Below are positions 30,501 to 40,133 of a DNA stretch of 64,000 bases, piece by piece. How positions within the stretch are numbered: position 1 is the stretch's first letter; each line of letters starts with the position of its first letter. The position numbers and the translations under genes were made by a program. Source of the stretch: an uncultured Gammaproteobacteria bacterium (GTDB lineage Bacteria > Pseudomonadota > Gammaproteobacteria > Eutrophobiales > Eutrophobiaceae); the NCBI GenBank assembly GCA_938084745.1, contig CALKEZ010000006.1:3007-67006 (forward strand). Direction: 5' to 3'. Under the pieces are notes generated by a model. The model saw only the letters and a program-made list of their open reading frames with translations, did no database searches and was not told where the DNA came from.

Positions 30501-31365
30501 AGATACCTCAACTCCGCCGGATATAGATAAAATTCCTGACCTCGTTGTCAATATAGATGAGTTCACTTATAAAAATAATCAGCTTGGGAAATTTAATCTG
30601 CTAACCCAGAAAATTGAAAATGGCATCAATATCAGCAACCTTGCTATTAACAAGCCTGGCTTTAGCATATCAGCAAACGGAATTTGGAACCGGGTTGATG
30701 AAGTCGATCGCTCCGAGTTTAATTTAAAACTCGAATCCGATTCAGTTGAAACCATGTTAAGTACTTTTAATTATAATTCTGCCAACATCAAGGATGGTCA
30801 AACAACTATTGAGATGAATGCAAGCTGGATGGATACGCCGATGAATTTCGCCATGGGAAAGGTTAATGGCGATCTTGATATGAAAATTGAAAAAGGCCAA
30901 TTTCTTGATATTAATCCTTCCGCTGGCAGAATATTTGGACTGCTCAGTATACAAACGCTGCCCAGACGACTTGCGCTTGATTTCACTGACCTGTTCAACA
31001 AGGGTTTCTCTTTCGATAGCATCAGTGGTCACTTTAGTCTGGACAAGGGCCATGCCTATACGAATGATCTTGAGTTACTCGGACCCGCCGCAAACATCAT
31101 CGTCAGCGGACGTACGGGATTTATTACTGAAGATTATGATCAAATTGCGACCATAACGCCGAAGTTCTCCAATAGTTTACCCGTCGCCAGCGCATTATTT
31201 GGACCAATAGGTGTGGGCGTCGGCGCGGTTATTTACCTTACCGGGGAACTGTTTAAATCGATTCCCGATAGAATAGACGAAATATTACAGTATCAATATA
31301 GCATCAAGGGACGTTGGGATAATCCCGATATTGTAAAACTCAAAAAAGATAAGAAGAGTGGCTGA
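27520..31365 (+). CDS. yhdP: YhdP family (AsmA-like) envelope protein
   Basis: 1281-aa ORF with a single N-terminal TM segment and a long beta-rich body. Conserved position after rng. C-terminal ...YSIKGRWDNPDI. Confidence 0.85.
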   Translation: MLNKIFTGLYHFCWYAFAFIILNAAVLVTVVRLALPEIGTYKTEIQSWVSQQMGHPVVITDISAEWQGWTPNLYLGNIDLYTQDNSNIITKLDSAHIGIDLIASIQAVEIIPNHLSVSGLDLGISRHRDGSISISSDDPQSRDSNNTALSGWLLKQKYIILDNASVRWKDETSASKEKQFSNVQIQLRTDKQRLQLETSIGLPEEFGQSLSMKIDVTGNILTPDWSGSVYVAAEEFKPSGLLHAINIKSVGGNGNFKIWTRWEKSKLIDFSGETTYSDFLLSNGNHNLRIDTLALKLFGERQLDSTWLLNAKLDKLKTKNGAWPASTHQLIFTKDSSKKIQYSAYFSYLKLEEVLPFVISANAIPDKFKKAIQYQSVKGALIDLKIAHGTDSKSSDMFQVESGFKDIELVSHDNKNAASGLDGTFSANNEQINVQLKSELPQLKIGFLFDEPHTLSALNAHFEISNNELGIQDLELKFTELSISSSGKIRFEDESPFVDMVVHLDETNIENIPSYLPKQTKPKLRDWFKRALAGGRVLPSDLIFRGYLKDYPFKESEGHLKAIINIADTTLDYNEKWPAIDNFTAEIILNNDNLKVLSHSGYIFNAKINDLTAEIKTLATAKREIDISGRLNGHTSDARNFIVQSPINKNKSVSDLMNNIAGGFNLDLKLNIPLFPKQPKVEGLVSFTDTTIESRLPGLGLEKVNGDVHFTKNKVWASEVDALYYGTPVTLTIPKIEEGAPYSEIFEISGSADKAFIINQLGRFFPSSSNVGAKINDYFNGESKWTVALKKSISENNISSSDVELSSDLNGVQVSLPYPFGKTKLESRPLTISTRLTDVSINKITFNYDDLFYTDVIVDNSNNLLIKNILVGLGQPHSEIEDTSDVSIQGNLDSLNLSEWMSTIAAASADKSPTDSSTQPRHVSGNININQLKILDNNFNNVNVKLANSTEGWNVTFDGNEMKGDTRFIKGIENRPNKLNVDLEKLSLEGHEQEDTSTPPDIDKIPDLVVNIDEFTYKNNQLGKFNLLTQKIENGINISNLAINKPGFSISANGIWNRVDEVDRSEFNLKLESDSVETMLSTFNYNSANIKDGQTTIEMNASWMDTPMNFAMGKVNGDLDMKIEKGQFLDINPSAGRIFGLLSIQTLPRRLALDFTDLFNKGFSFDSISGHFSLDKGHAYTNDLELLGPAANIIVSGRTGFITEDYDQIATITPKFSNSLPVASALFGPIGVGVGAVIYLTGELFKSIPDRIDEILQYQYSIKGRWDNPDIVKLKKDKKSG

Positions 31366-31441
31366 ACATTCACTAGCTGCTCGACAACATGTATAAAGAT
31401 CACATTCGTTAAAATAATATCATTTTAGCAGAGACTATATA

Positions 31442-31897
31442 ATGCAGTGGAAACCAAACACGACTGTTGCAGCAATCGCTGAGCACGACGGCCGCTTCTT
31501 GCTTGTTGAAGAATCAATCAACGGGAACATTGTCTTTAATCAACCGGCAGGACACCTGGAACAAGGCGAAACATTAATAGAAGCCATTAAACGTGAAGTA
31601 ATGGAGGAAACTGCCTGGGAATTTGAACCCTCATCACTAGTGGGTGTTTATCTTTATCCGAATCCGCATCAGCCAGATATCACCTATTTACGATTTTGCT
31701 TTTATGGCAAATGTACCAATGAACACAAAGGACAAGCCCTTGACGAAGGAATCGTCCGCGCTGTGTGGTTAACGCCCGCAGAGATAGAAACAGAACATCA
31801 ACGTATGCGTAGTCCATTAGTGCCGCGTTGTATCAAAGATCACCTGGATGGAAACAGCTACCCACTTGAACTATTACATCATTATTTAGACCAGTGA
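31442..31897 (+). CDS. NUDIX hydrolase
   Basis: Nudix box GHLEQGETLIEAIKREVMEETAW. Its stop overlaps the mnmA GTG start (GTGA). Confidence 0.8.
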   Translation: MQWKPNTTVAAIAEHDGRFLLVEESINGNIVFNQPAGHLEQGETLIEAIKREVMEETAWEFEPSSLVGVYLYPNPHQPDITYLRFCFYGKCTNEHKGQALDEGIVRAVWLTPAEIETEHQRMRSPLVPRCIKDHLDGNSYPLELLHHYLDQ

Positions 31898-32988
31898 CTG
31901 AGACTTCTCACAATAAAATTATTGTCGGTATATCTGGCGGGGTTGACTCATCAGTAACAGCAATGCTGCTGAAAGAACAAGGTTATGAAGTTGAAGCCTT
32001 GTTCATGAAAAACTGGAATGATCAATCAGAAGATGGTGCCTGTCTTTGGGAAACGGATGTAGAAGATGCCATGCTGGTTTGCGATAAGCTCGATATCCCG
32101 TTAAACACCGTTGATCTTTCATCGGACTACTGGGATAAGGTCTTTAAGAACTTTCTGAGTGAATACAAAAATGGACGAACGCCCAATCCGGATGTGTTGT
32201 GTAATCAGGAAATTAAATTCAAGGCCTTTCTGGAACATGCAGAGAATCTCGGTGCAACAAAAATCGCCACGGGTCACTATGCCAGAATCAAGGAACAAGG
32301 TAAGTCGTTCCAGTTATTAAAAGGACTGGATCAAAATAAGGATCAAAGCTATTTCCTGTGTCGTCTAAATCAAGCACAGCTGCAAAAAGCCCTGTTCCCT
32401 ATAGGTGAACTTGATAAAGCAGACGTGAGACAGCGTGCCGAACGGGCTGGATTAGTGACGCACGATAAAAAAGACAGTACCGGAATTTGTTTTATCGGGG
32501 AACAGCCCTTCCGCCAATTTCTCAGTCGCTATATCCCACCTGATCCGGGTTTTATCAAAACTACCGATAATAAAACCATAGGCAAACATGAAGGTGTCTT
32601 TTATTACACTCTGGGACAACGGCAAGGCCTTGGTATTGGCGGCGTCAAAGGTGCCAGTGATGCGCCCTGGTATGTCGTGCAAAAAAACATTGAAGAAAAC
32701 ATACTGATTGTCGCACAGGATCATGACCATCCCCTGTTACACAGCCATGGTCTCACGGCATCCGATATAAACTGGGTTGCAGATGAAATACCCGAAATTC
32801 CCTATAAATGTCAGGCAAAAAACCGTTATCGGCAAGCGGATCAGAGCTGCACGATTGAAAAAATTGAAAATGGCCGTTACTACGTCAACTTTGAGTCTTC
32901 TCAAAGAGCCATTACACCCGGTCAATTCATTGTATTTTATAAGGAAGATTCCTGCCTCGGCGGTGGAATTATCGATTCAGTACACTGA
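31894..32988 (+). CDS. mnmA: tRNA 2-thiouridine(34) synthase MnmA
   Basis: PP-loop VGISGGVDSSV, NPDVLCN, and the KDQSYFL motif. GTG start. Confidence 0.95.
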   Translation: MTETSHNKIIVGISGGVDSSVTAMLLKEQGYEVEALFMKNWNDQSEDGACLWETDVEDAMLVCDKLDIPLNTVDLSSDYWDKVFKNFLSEYKNGRTPNPDVLCNQEIKFKAFLEHAENLGATKIATGHYARIKEQGKSFQLLKGLDQNKDQSYFLCRLNQAQLQKALFPIGELDKADVRQRAERAGLVTHDKKDSTGICFIGEQPFRQFLSRYIPPDPGFIKTTDNKTIGKHEGVFYYTLGQRQGLGIGGVKGASDAPWYVVQKNIEENILIVAQDHDHPLLHSHGLTASDINWVADEIPEIPYKCQAKNRYRQADQSCTIEKIENGRYYVNFESSQRAITPGQFIVFYKEDSCLGGGIIDSVH

Positions 32989-33111
32989 CTTTGCACCAAA
33001 ATAAATCATAAATTCGATTAAACATTACATCGAACTTCAATTATACTAGCCGGCCTTCGATCTGGTTGCTAACCAAGCATCCCATCCAAGAATAACTAAA
33101 GGAGAATTGTT

Positions 33112-35730
33112 TTGCTCGAAGCTTATCGCCAACATGTAAAAGAGCGGGCCGACCAAGGTGTCGTACCACAACCATTATCGCCAGAACAAACTGCAGCACT
33201 CGTTGAATTATTAAAAAACCCGCCTGCTGGTGAGGAAGAATTCATTCTCGATCTGATAACAAATCGTATTCCAGCGGGTGTGGATCAAGCCGCTTATGTC
33301 AAAGCCGGTTTCCTCGCAGCGATTACCAAGGGTGAAGCAAAATCACCGCTGATCGATAAGGTAAAGGCAGTTGAGCTTCTGGGCTCTATGCTTGGCGGTT
33401 ACAATATCGTACCTTTAATTGATTGTCTTGATGACGATACACTGGCACCGACAGCTGTAAAAGCATTGTCACATACGCTGTTAATGTTCGATGCTTTTCA
33501 TGATGTGAAAGAAAAAGCGGATGCCGGTAACGAACACGCGATAAAAATTATTCAATCCTGGGCTGATGCAGAATGGTTTACATCCAAGCCACCATTGGCT
33601 GACAAGATAACCGTCACGGTTTTTAAAGTTTCCGGCGAAACCAATACCGATGACTTGTCACCTGCTCCGGATGCCTGGTCACGACCCGATATTCCACTGC
33701 ATGCTCTTGCCATGTTAAAAATGGAACGCGAAGGCATTACGCCTGACAAACCCGGCGAAGTTGGTCCGATTAAACAAATTGAAACATTAAAAGCAAAAGG
33801 ATATCCACTCGCCTATGTCGGTGACGTAGTCGGTACCGGATCGTCACGTAAATCGGCAACCAACTCTGTACTCTGGCACATGGGTGATGATATCCCCTTC
33901 ATTCCAAATAAACGCGATGGCGGTTATTGCCTTGGTGGTAAAATTGCACCGATCTTTTTCAATACTATGGAAGACGCGGGTGCGCTGCCAATTGAATGTG
34001 ATGTTAGTAAGTTGAAGATGGGCGATGTCATCGACATTTATCCCTATGAAGGCAAGGTGAAGAACGCCGAAACAGGTGAAGAATTGTGTGACTTTTCACT
34101 GAAAACCGACATTATCCTTGATGAAGTTCAGGCCGGTGGACGTATTCCCTTAATCATTGGTCGCGGTTTAACGACGCGTGCGCGTGAAGCCCTGGGTCTG
34201 GAAACCAGTACGCTATTTCGTGTACCCGTACCTGTCAATGATACAGGCAAAGGCTATACTCTGGCGCAGAAGATGGTCGGTAAAGCCTGTGGTGTTGAAG
34301 GTATACGTCCGGAAACATATTGTGAGCCTAGAATGACGACGGTCGGTTCACAAGATACCACTGGCCCAATGACCCGTGATGAATTGAAAGATCTGGCCTG
34401 CCTTGGTTTTTCTGCCGATCTGGTTATGCAGTCCTTTTGCCATACCGCCGCTTATCCAAAACCAATTGATGTGAATACACACCACACCTTGCCTGACTTT
34501 ATCCAGACTCGAGGTGGTGTCGCATTACGTCCAGGTGATGGCATTATCCATTCCTGGTTAAACCGTATGTTATTACCGGATACCGTCGGTACCGGCGGTG
34601 ATTCACATACGCGTTTCCCGATTGGCATTTCTTTCCCGGCGGGTTCCGGCCTGGTGGCGTTTGCCGCAGCAACCGGCGTTATGCCATTGGATATGCCTGA
34701 ATCTGTATTGATACGTTTTAAAGGTGAGATGCAACCCGGTATTACCTTACGTGATTTGGTCAATGCGATTCCTTACGCTGCAATACAAAGTGGTGATCTC
34801 ACGGTAGCCAAGGAAGGAAAGAAAAATATCTTCTCCGGTCGTATTCTTGAGATTGAAGGTTTGCCTAACCTAAAATGCGAACAAGCCTTCGAATTATCCG
34901 ACGCCAGTGCCGAACGTTCGGCTGGTGGTTGTACCATTCGTTTAGGCAAAGACCCGATCATTGAGTATCTGTCATCGAACATCACGCTGTTACGCTGGAT
35001 GATTACTGAAGGCTATGGTGATGCCCGTACATTGGATCGTCGCGCTAAAGCCATGGAAGACTGGATTGCAAATCCGGTCTTAATGGAGCCGGATGCGGAT
35101 GCCGAGTATGCCAAAATCTTTGAGATCGATCTCAATGAAATCAAGGAGCCACTATTGGCTTGTCCAAATGATCCGGATGATGTTAAACCCTTGTCAGAAG
35201 TTGCGGGAACCAAAATTGACGAAGTATTTATTGGTTCTTGTATGACCAACATTGGTCACTTCCGAGCCGCAGGTAAGATGCTGGAAAAAGCAGCAACGAC
35301 ATTACCGACACGACTGTGGATATCACCACCGACCAAAATGGACCAACACCAACTAACCGAGGAAGGCTATTACAGTATCTTTGGCAAAGCCGGGGCAAGA
35401 ACAGAGATGCCAGGATGTTCCCTTTGTATGGGCAACCAGGCACGTATTGCAGCAAAATCAACTGCTGTCTCGACCTCAACCCGTAACTTCCCGAATCGCC
35501 TTGGAGATGGTGCGAACGTGTTCCTGGCCTCGGCAGAGATTGCAGCGGTATCTTCTATCCTCGGTCATATACCAACGATGGATGAATACATGGCGTTTGC
35601 CGCCGATCTGAATCCAATGGCAGCAGACGTCTACCGCTATCTCAACTTTGATGAAATCGAATCTTTTCAAAAGAGTGCGTCACAAGCACATTCCAAGCTT
35701 GAGTCGATTCCGGTCGCAGTAGTGAATTAA
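33112..35730 (+). CDS. acnB: aconitate hydratase B (bifunctional aconitase 2 / 2-methylisocitrate dehydratase)
   Basis: 872-aa ORF. The N-terminal [22 protein letters not shown] is typical of AcnB. The TTG start is preceded by AAGGAG 7 nt upstream. Confidence 0.95.
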   Translation: MLEAYRQHVKERADQGVVPQPLSPEQTAALVELLKNPPAGEEEFILDLITNRIPAGVDQAAYVKAGFLAAITKGEAKSPLIDKVKAVELLGSMLGGYNIVPLIDCLDDDTLAPTAVKALSHTLLMFDAFHDVKEKADAGNEHAIKIIQSWADAEWFTSKPPLADKITVTVFKVSGETNTDDLSPAPDAWSRPDIPLHALAMLKMEREGITPDKPGEVGPIKQIETLKAKGYPLAYVGDVVGTGSSRKSATNSVLWHMGDDIPFIPNKRDGGYCLGGKIAPIFFNTMEDAGALPIECDVSKLKMGDVIDIYPYEGKVKNAETGEELCDFSLKTDIILDEVQAGGRIPLIIGRGLTTRAREALGLETSTLFRVPVPVNDTGKGYTLAQKMVGKACGVEGIRPETYCEPRMTTVGSQDTTGPMTRDELKDLACLGFSADLVMQSFCHTAAYPKPIDVNTHHTLPDFIQTRGGVALRPGDGIIHSWLNRMLLPDTVGTGGDSHTRFPIGISFPAGSGLVAFAAATGVMPLDMPESVLIRFKGEMQPGITLRDLVNAIPYAAIQSGDLTVAKEGKKNIFSGRILEIEGLPNLKCEQAFELSDASAERSAGGCTIRLGKDPIIEYLSSNITLLRWMITEGYGDARTLDRRAKAMEDWIANPVLMEPDADAEYAKIFEIDLNEIKEPLLACPNDPDDVKPLSEVAGTKIDEVFIGSCMTNIGHFRAAGKMLEKAATTLPTRLWISPPTKMDQHQLTEEGYYSIFGKAGARTEMPGCSLCMGNQARIAAKSTAVSTSTRNFPNRLGDGANVFLASAEIAAVSSILGHIPTMDEYMAFAADLNPMAADVYRYLNFDEIESFQKSASQAHSKLESIPVAVVN

Positions 35731-35749
35731 ACATCGTTTTTGTATTAAT

Positions 35750-35778
35750 AAAAAAGGCGACTTTTAGTCGCCTTTTTT
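35750..35778. terminator. Bidirectional rho-independent terminator between acnB and the convergent response-regulator gene
   Basis: aaaaaaggcgac-tttta-gtcgcctttttt: a GC-containing stem flanked by an A-run and a T-run. Confidence 0.85.
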
Positions 35779-35804
35779 ATTGCTTGGATATCATTTTCGT
35801 CTAA

Positions 35805-36176
35805 TCAGAGACCACCGGCATCAGCGATAAAGCTGTCGATCACTTTTTCAAGCTCCCTCATTTCCATGTCCTTTACGATATAATCGTCGCAACCCGCGGC
35901 TAATGCTGCTTCCTTGTCTTCATCTTTATCCAGAGCCGTCAAGGCAACAATGGGATTTATAAAACCCCGTTTCCTTAATTCTTGGGTAGTCACAAGGCCA
36001 TTCATGCCAGGCATATTCAAGTCCATCAGAATCATATCCGGATTATTATTTTGACAATACTCTAATGTAGCCTGACCACTGGTTAATGAATCGAGTTGGT
36101 ATCCTGAATTAGCCAACACTATCCCAACGAGTTCGATCATCTCTTCGTTATCATCTACATACAATATTGTTTTCAT
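35805..36176 (-). CDS. single-domain CheY-like response regulator
   Basis: MKTILYVDDNEEM...DMILMDLNMPGMNG...ALTA...K. I moved the start to the ATG at 36174-36176 because AAGGAG lies 6 nt upstream. The ORF itself is open to 36236. Confidence 0.85.
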   Translation of the reverse strand: MKTILYVDDNEEMIELVGIVLANSGYQLDSLTSGQATLEYCQNNNPDMILMDLNMPGMNGLVTTQELRKRGFINPIVALTALDKDEDKEAALAAGCDDYIVKDMEMRELEKVIDSFIADAGGL

Positions 36177-36342
36177 AAGAATCTCCTTTTCAGTTACACG
36201 ATATTGAATAAACAAAAAAAGATAGTTTTTTATCATATCTATCTTTATAGACTAAAATTTGGTGAATACTATTGAATTACATCAAGAAATAACGATTTTC
36301 GCGCTATAATGACCGAATTAATAAAACAGTTAAGAACTTAAT

Positions 36343-37860
36343 ATGACCACAATTAAACAAGATGATTTGATCGAAAGCGTTGCTGACGCCCTGCAATATA
36401 TTTCCTATTACCACCCGGTCGATTTTATTCAGGCCGTTAATGCCGCCTATGAAAAAGAAGAATCCAGGGCTGCTAAAGATGCGATGGCGCAAATATTAAT
36501 TAATTCACGACTCTGTGCAGAAGGACATCGCCCTATCTGTCAAGACACAGGCATCGTGACGGTGTTTATTAAAGTGGGTATGGATGTGCGATGGGATGCC
36601 GATTTATCAGTAGAAGATATGGTCAATGAAGGCGTGCGGCGCGCCTATAATCATCCCGATAATAAATTACGTGCCTCCATCATGTCAGACCCGGCGGGAG
36701 CAAGAAAAAATACCGGTGACAATACTCCGGCTGTCATTCATATGGAAATAGTCAAAGGCGATAAAGTCGATATTCAAGTTGCGGCCAAAGGTGGTGGCTC
36801 GGAAGCGAAATCAAAATTTGTCATGCTAAACCCGTCCGATGATATTGTTGATTGGGTCGTTAAAACTGTGCCCAGCATGGGGGCCGGCTGGTGTCCTCCC
36901 GGCATGTTAGGTATCGGTATTGGCGGTACTGCTGAAAAAGCGATGGTCATGGCTAAAGAAGCATTAATGGATCCGGTTGATATCCAGGAATTAATAGCCC
37001 GCGGACCCAAAACAACGACTGAAAAATTACGCCTGGATATTTATGACCGCGTTAATGATCTCGGCATCGGAGCACAGGGACTCGGCGGATTAACAACGGT
37101 GCTGGATATAAAGATAAAAGATTATCCAACTCACGCCGCAAATAAGCCGGTGGCCATGATTCCTAATTGTGCTGCAACACGTCATGCGCATTTTGTGCTG
37201 GATGGCTCTGGTCCAGCATTACAAACACCCCCAAATCTTGATGATTGGCCCAAAGTTAGCTGGGATGTAGGTCCTGCAGCCAGACGTGTCAATCTGGATA
37301 CCATTACGGCCGATGATATTAAAGAGTGGCAACCGGGAGAAACCATCTTGTTATCCGGCAAGATGCTAACGGGACGAGATGCTGCACATAAAAAGATTCA
37401 AGACTTGCTTGATAAGGGAGAGCCATTACCGAATGGCGTCGATTTCAAAAATCGTTTTATCTATTACGTCGGCCCTGTCGATGCAGTGCGTGAAGAAGTC
37501 GTTGGTCCTGCCGGTCCTACTACAGCAACACGCATGGATAAATTTACCGAGATGATGTTAGATAAAACCGGTTTAATTGGCATGGTAGGTAAAGCGGAAC
37601 GTGGCCCCATGGGTATCGATGCGATCAAGAAACACAAAGCAGTTTATCTAATGGCTGTCGGTGGTGCCGCTTACCTCGTCTCAAAAGCGATAATTCATTC
37701 AAGAGTGATCGCTTTTCCTGAGCTAGGAATGGAAGCAATCCATGAGTTTGAAGTAAAAGATATGCCCGTAACTGTTGCGGTAGATGTGCATGGTAATTCG
37801 GTTCATCAATCTGGCCCGAAACAATGGCAAAAAATAATCTTTGATAGAAAATCAGCATGA
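36343..37860 (+). CDS. fumA: class I (Fe-S dependent) fumarate hydratase
   Basis: 505-aa ORF with CQDTGIV, GGGSE and the C-terminal beta-domain of class I fumarases. Confidence 0.9.
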   Translation: MTTIKQDDLIESVADALQYISYYHPVDFIQAVNAAYEKEESRAAKDAMAQILINSRLCAEGHRPICQDTGIVTVFIKVGMDVRWDADLSVEDMVNEGVRRAYNHPDNKLRASIMSDPAGARKNTGDNTPAVIHMEIVKGDKVDIQVAAKGGGSEAKSKFVMLNPSDDIVDWVVKTVPSMGAGWCPPGMLGIGIGGTAEKAMVMAKEALMDPVDIQELIARGPKTTTEKLRLDIYDRVNDLGIGAQGLGGLTTVLDIKIKDYPTHAANKPVAMIPNCAATRHAHFVLDGSGPALQTPPNLDDWPKVSWDVGPAARRVNLDTITADDIKEWQPGETILLSGKMLTGRDAAHKKIQDLLDKGEPLPNGVDFKNRFIYYVGPVDAVREEVVGPAGPTTATRMDKFTEMMLDKTGLIGMVGKAERGPMGIDAIKKHKAVYLMAVGGAAYLVSKAIIHSRVIAFPELGMEAIHEFEVKDMPVTVAVDVHGNSVHQSGPKQWQKIIFDRKSA

Positions 37861-37999
37861 TGAATAATCAAACAATGGCCTTTCAATTATTGAATTTATT
37901 ACGATAGAGATTGTCTATTAGAAAAATATGCCATTAACTGATCTTTAACATTATGTTCAGCTTATTAATTATGGCAATCAAACTTCCAGAGAGGCGTTA

Positions 38000-38437
38000 A
38001 TGAGAATCCAACTGTTTTTCATCATTATATCTATCATTATATCCGGCCATGCTTTTGCAGTTAGTGCTGAAGAAACCACAGCAACATCATTTGAAGCGAC
38101 GGAAGAGAATTATCTGGCTTTATGGAATAAATACTCCAAGAACCCGAATAATCAAATGCAGGAAAATGAGTTGTTTTATCGATTTGTTGCCGTTGATGAA
38201 GATAAAGCCTGGTTCTATTTTACCAAAGAGACAAACCCGGCCTATCCCAGTCTGTTTAAAATTGGAACTAAATATGAAGGCAAGGAACTCAGATTTTTTC
38301 TGGAAAGTTTTACCTTAGGCAACAAGGATGAATACAGCAAAGTTCTCGATTATATGAAAAAGTTTACAGCCGCATTAACTAAAAATTATCAGGAAAACCT
38401 GAAGCAACAAAGCAAAGGTCAGCCAACTAAAAAATAA
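38000..38437 (+). CDS. secreted hypothetical protein
   Basis: 145-aa ORF with a signal peptide (…IIISGHAFAVSAEE). I recognise no family. Confidence 0.45.
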   Translation: MRIQLFFIIISIIISGHAFAVSAEETTATSFEATEENYLALWNKYSKNPNNQMQENELFYRFVAVDEDKAWFYFTKETNPAYPSLFKIGTKYEGKELRFFLESFTLGNKDEYSKVLDYMKKFTAALTKNYQENLKQQSKGQPTKK

Positions 38438-38499
38438 ATCAATCTTATTTTCAGGCCGTCATAGAACAGACGTGATCGGATCAATTGGAGGAAGTTAAA

Positions 38500-38841
38500 T
38501 TACTTGGTTCGTTTTGTCCAGATTGAATCTTTTGTGGACACTTGCTTGTTACTTTTATTTGATTTTGGCTCTACACTTTTGGCAGTCACTTCGCTCTCAG
38601 CTTTAGCTTCTGCTTTTTTAACCCGAATTTTACTTCCATCAAGCTCTTTACCATTGAGAGCTTTCATCGCCACTCGTGCTTCACCTTGTTTAGGCATATC
38701 AACAAAAGCAAAGCCTTTGGAGGTTCCAGTGTCTTTATCCAGAATCAGGGAACAGGATTGTACTCTTCCATAGTCAGCAAACATGTTCTGAAGATCTGCT
38801 TCTGTTGTTGTACGGGAAAGATTGCGTATTAATAATTTCAT
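38500..38841 (-). CDS. RRM-type RNA-binding protein with a Lys-rich tail
   Basis: RNP-2 LLIRNL and RNP-1 KGFAFVDM. The ~35-aa C-terminus is rich in K, S and E. Confidence 0.85.
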   Translation of the reverse strand: MKLLIRNLSRTTTEADLQNMFADYGRVQSCSLILDKDTGTSKGFAFVDMPKQGEARVAMKALNGKELDGSKIRVKKAEAKAESEVTAKSVEPKSNKSNKQVSTKDSIWTKRTK

Positions 38842-39036
38842 AAATATAAAAGCAGGCCATATAAAAAGGGTTAATGTCGCTAGACGAAGAGTTTATCGTA
38901 TTTCTATAGGCCATGTTTCAGATTTAGATTAAATAGCATGGCTGCTGCTAACAATACCGAATTTCGTTCTGTTTAGTTCGCCACAGATTGATTTATAATA
39001 GCCAGTATCATTCTCTGACACCTATTCTTAATCAAT

Positions 39037-39588
39037 ATGAACACATACATTAATACTAAACACATGTTTTTAAAGTGGTTTATTCCTTCAATGGCTGTTT
39101 TCACTTTAACTGCATGTGATACACAGACAGAAACGCGTGAACTTAGTGCCTTGCCTGAAAGTACTGTCGAGCTAAAAACCGTGCCCGCTGAAGAACAGGG
39201 TTCGATGTCACCGGCTCCCATAATTGAAAACAAGAGTTATCTGTTTGATGTCAGTAATCACAGCATTGAGGAACTTGAAGCTCTACTGGTACGTGCAGAA
39301 GAAGTCTCCCAAACACATCCCAAAGACTTTGAAGACCTTGAGATCGTCATGATTATCCACGGACCGGATATAGATTTTTTTACAAATCAGAAATATGAAG
39401 AGAATCGAAAGCTGATTGATTTGGCGGCACGACTGGATGCCTATGATGTCATTGATATGAAAGTTTGTGAACAGACCATGTCAATGAGAGGCGTTGCCAG
39501 AGATGATATACCTCAATTCATAGAATCTGTTCCTTATGCACCAACAGAAATCAAACAACGATTGACCGGTGGGTATATAAATCTTTAA
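39037..39588 (+). CDS. lipoprotein with a C-terminal DsrE/DsrF-like (COG1416-type) domain
   Basis: Lipobox FTLTAC near the N-terminus. C-terminal pattern IVMIIHGPDIDFF...DVIDMKVCEQTM...VPYAPTEIKQRLTGGYINL resembles the DsrE-related fold as I recall it. Confidence 0.5.
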   Translation: MNTYINTKHMFLKWFIPSMAVFTLTACDTQTETRELSALPESTVELKTVPAEEQGSMSPAPIIENKSYLFDVSNHSIEELEALLVRAEEVSQTHPKDFEDLEIVMIIHGPDIDFFTNQKYEENRKLIDLAARLDAYDVIDMKVCEQTMSMRGVARDDIPQFIESVPYAPTEIKQRLTGGYINL

Positions 39589-39620
39589 TTTATAAGAACT
39601 GATTAACAGGAGGTGGACTG

Positions 39621-40133
39621 ATGTCTAAACAAGAAAAAAGTTTACATATGACTGTCTTGATGACACCTGATTTGGCTAATTTCTCCGGTAATGTCCATGG
39701 TGGATCAATTTTAAAATTGCTCGATCAAGTTGCCTATGCTTGTGCAGCACGTTATTGTAAATCCTATGTTGTCACCATCTCTCTTGATCAAGTTACCTTC
39801 AGGGCACCGATCAAGGTCGGAGAGTTGGTCAGTTTCAGGGCCCACGTAAATTATGTCGGCAAATCATCACTTGAGGTAGGGGTTAAGGTTTTTTCTGAAG
39901 ATTTACAATCAAAACAGATACGACATACCAACTCATGCTATGTGATCATGGTTGCCATGGGAGAAGATGGAAAACGTATATCCGCACCACCGTTAGAACT
40001 GGAAAATGAATTTGAAAAAAAGCTTTATGAAGCAGCGTTAATGCGCAGAGAGTTACGCGAGGAAGCGGTGAGACGTAACAAGGAAATTACCGATGGTATA
40101 CCTGATTACAACTCGGATTTAAACCTGAGCTAA
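39621..40133 (+). CDS. acyl-CoA thioesterase (hotdog fold, YciA/BFIT type)
   Basis: PDLANFSGNVHGGSILKLLDQVAYACA...VSFRAHVNYVGKSSLEVGVKV. Confidence 0.85.
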   Translation: MSKQEKSLHMTVLMTPDLANFSGNVHGGSILKLLDQVAYACAARYCKSYVVTISLDQVTFRAPIKVGELVSFRAHVNYVGKSSLEVGVKVFSEDLQSKQIRHTNSCYVIMVAMGEDGKRISAPPLELENEFEKKLYEAALMRRELREEAVRRNKEITDGIPDYNSDLNLS

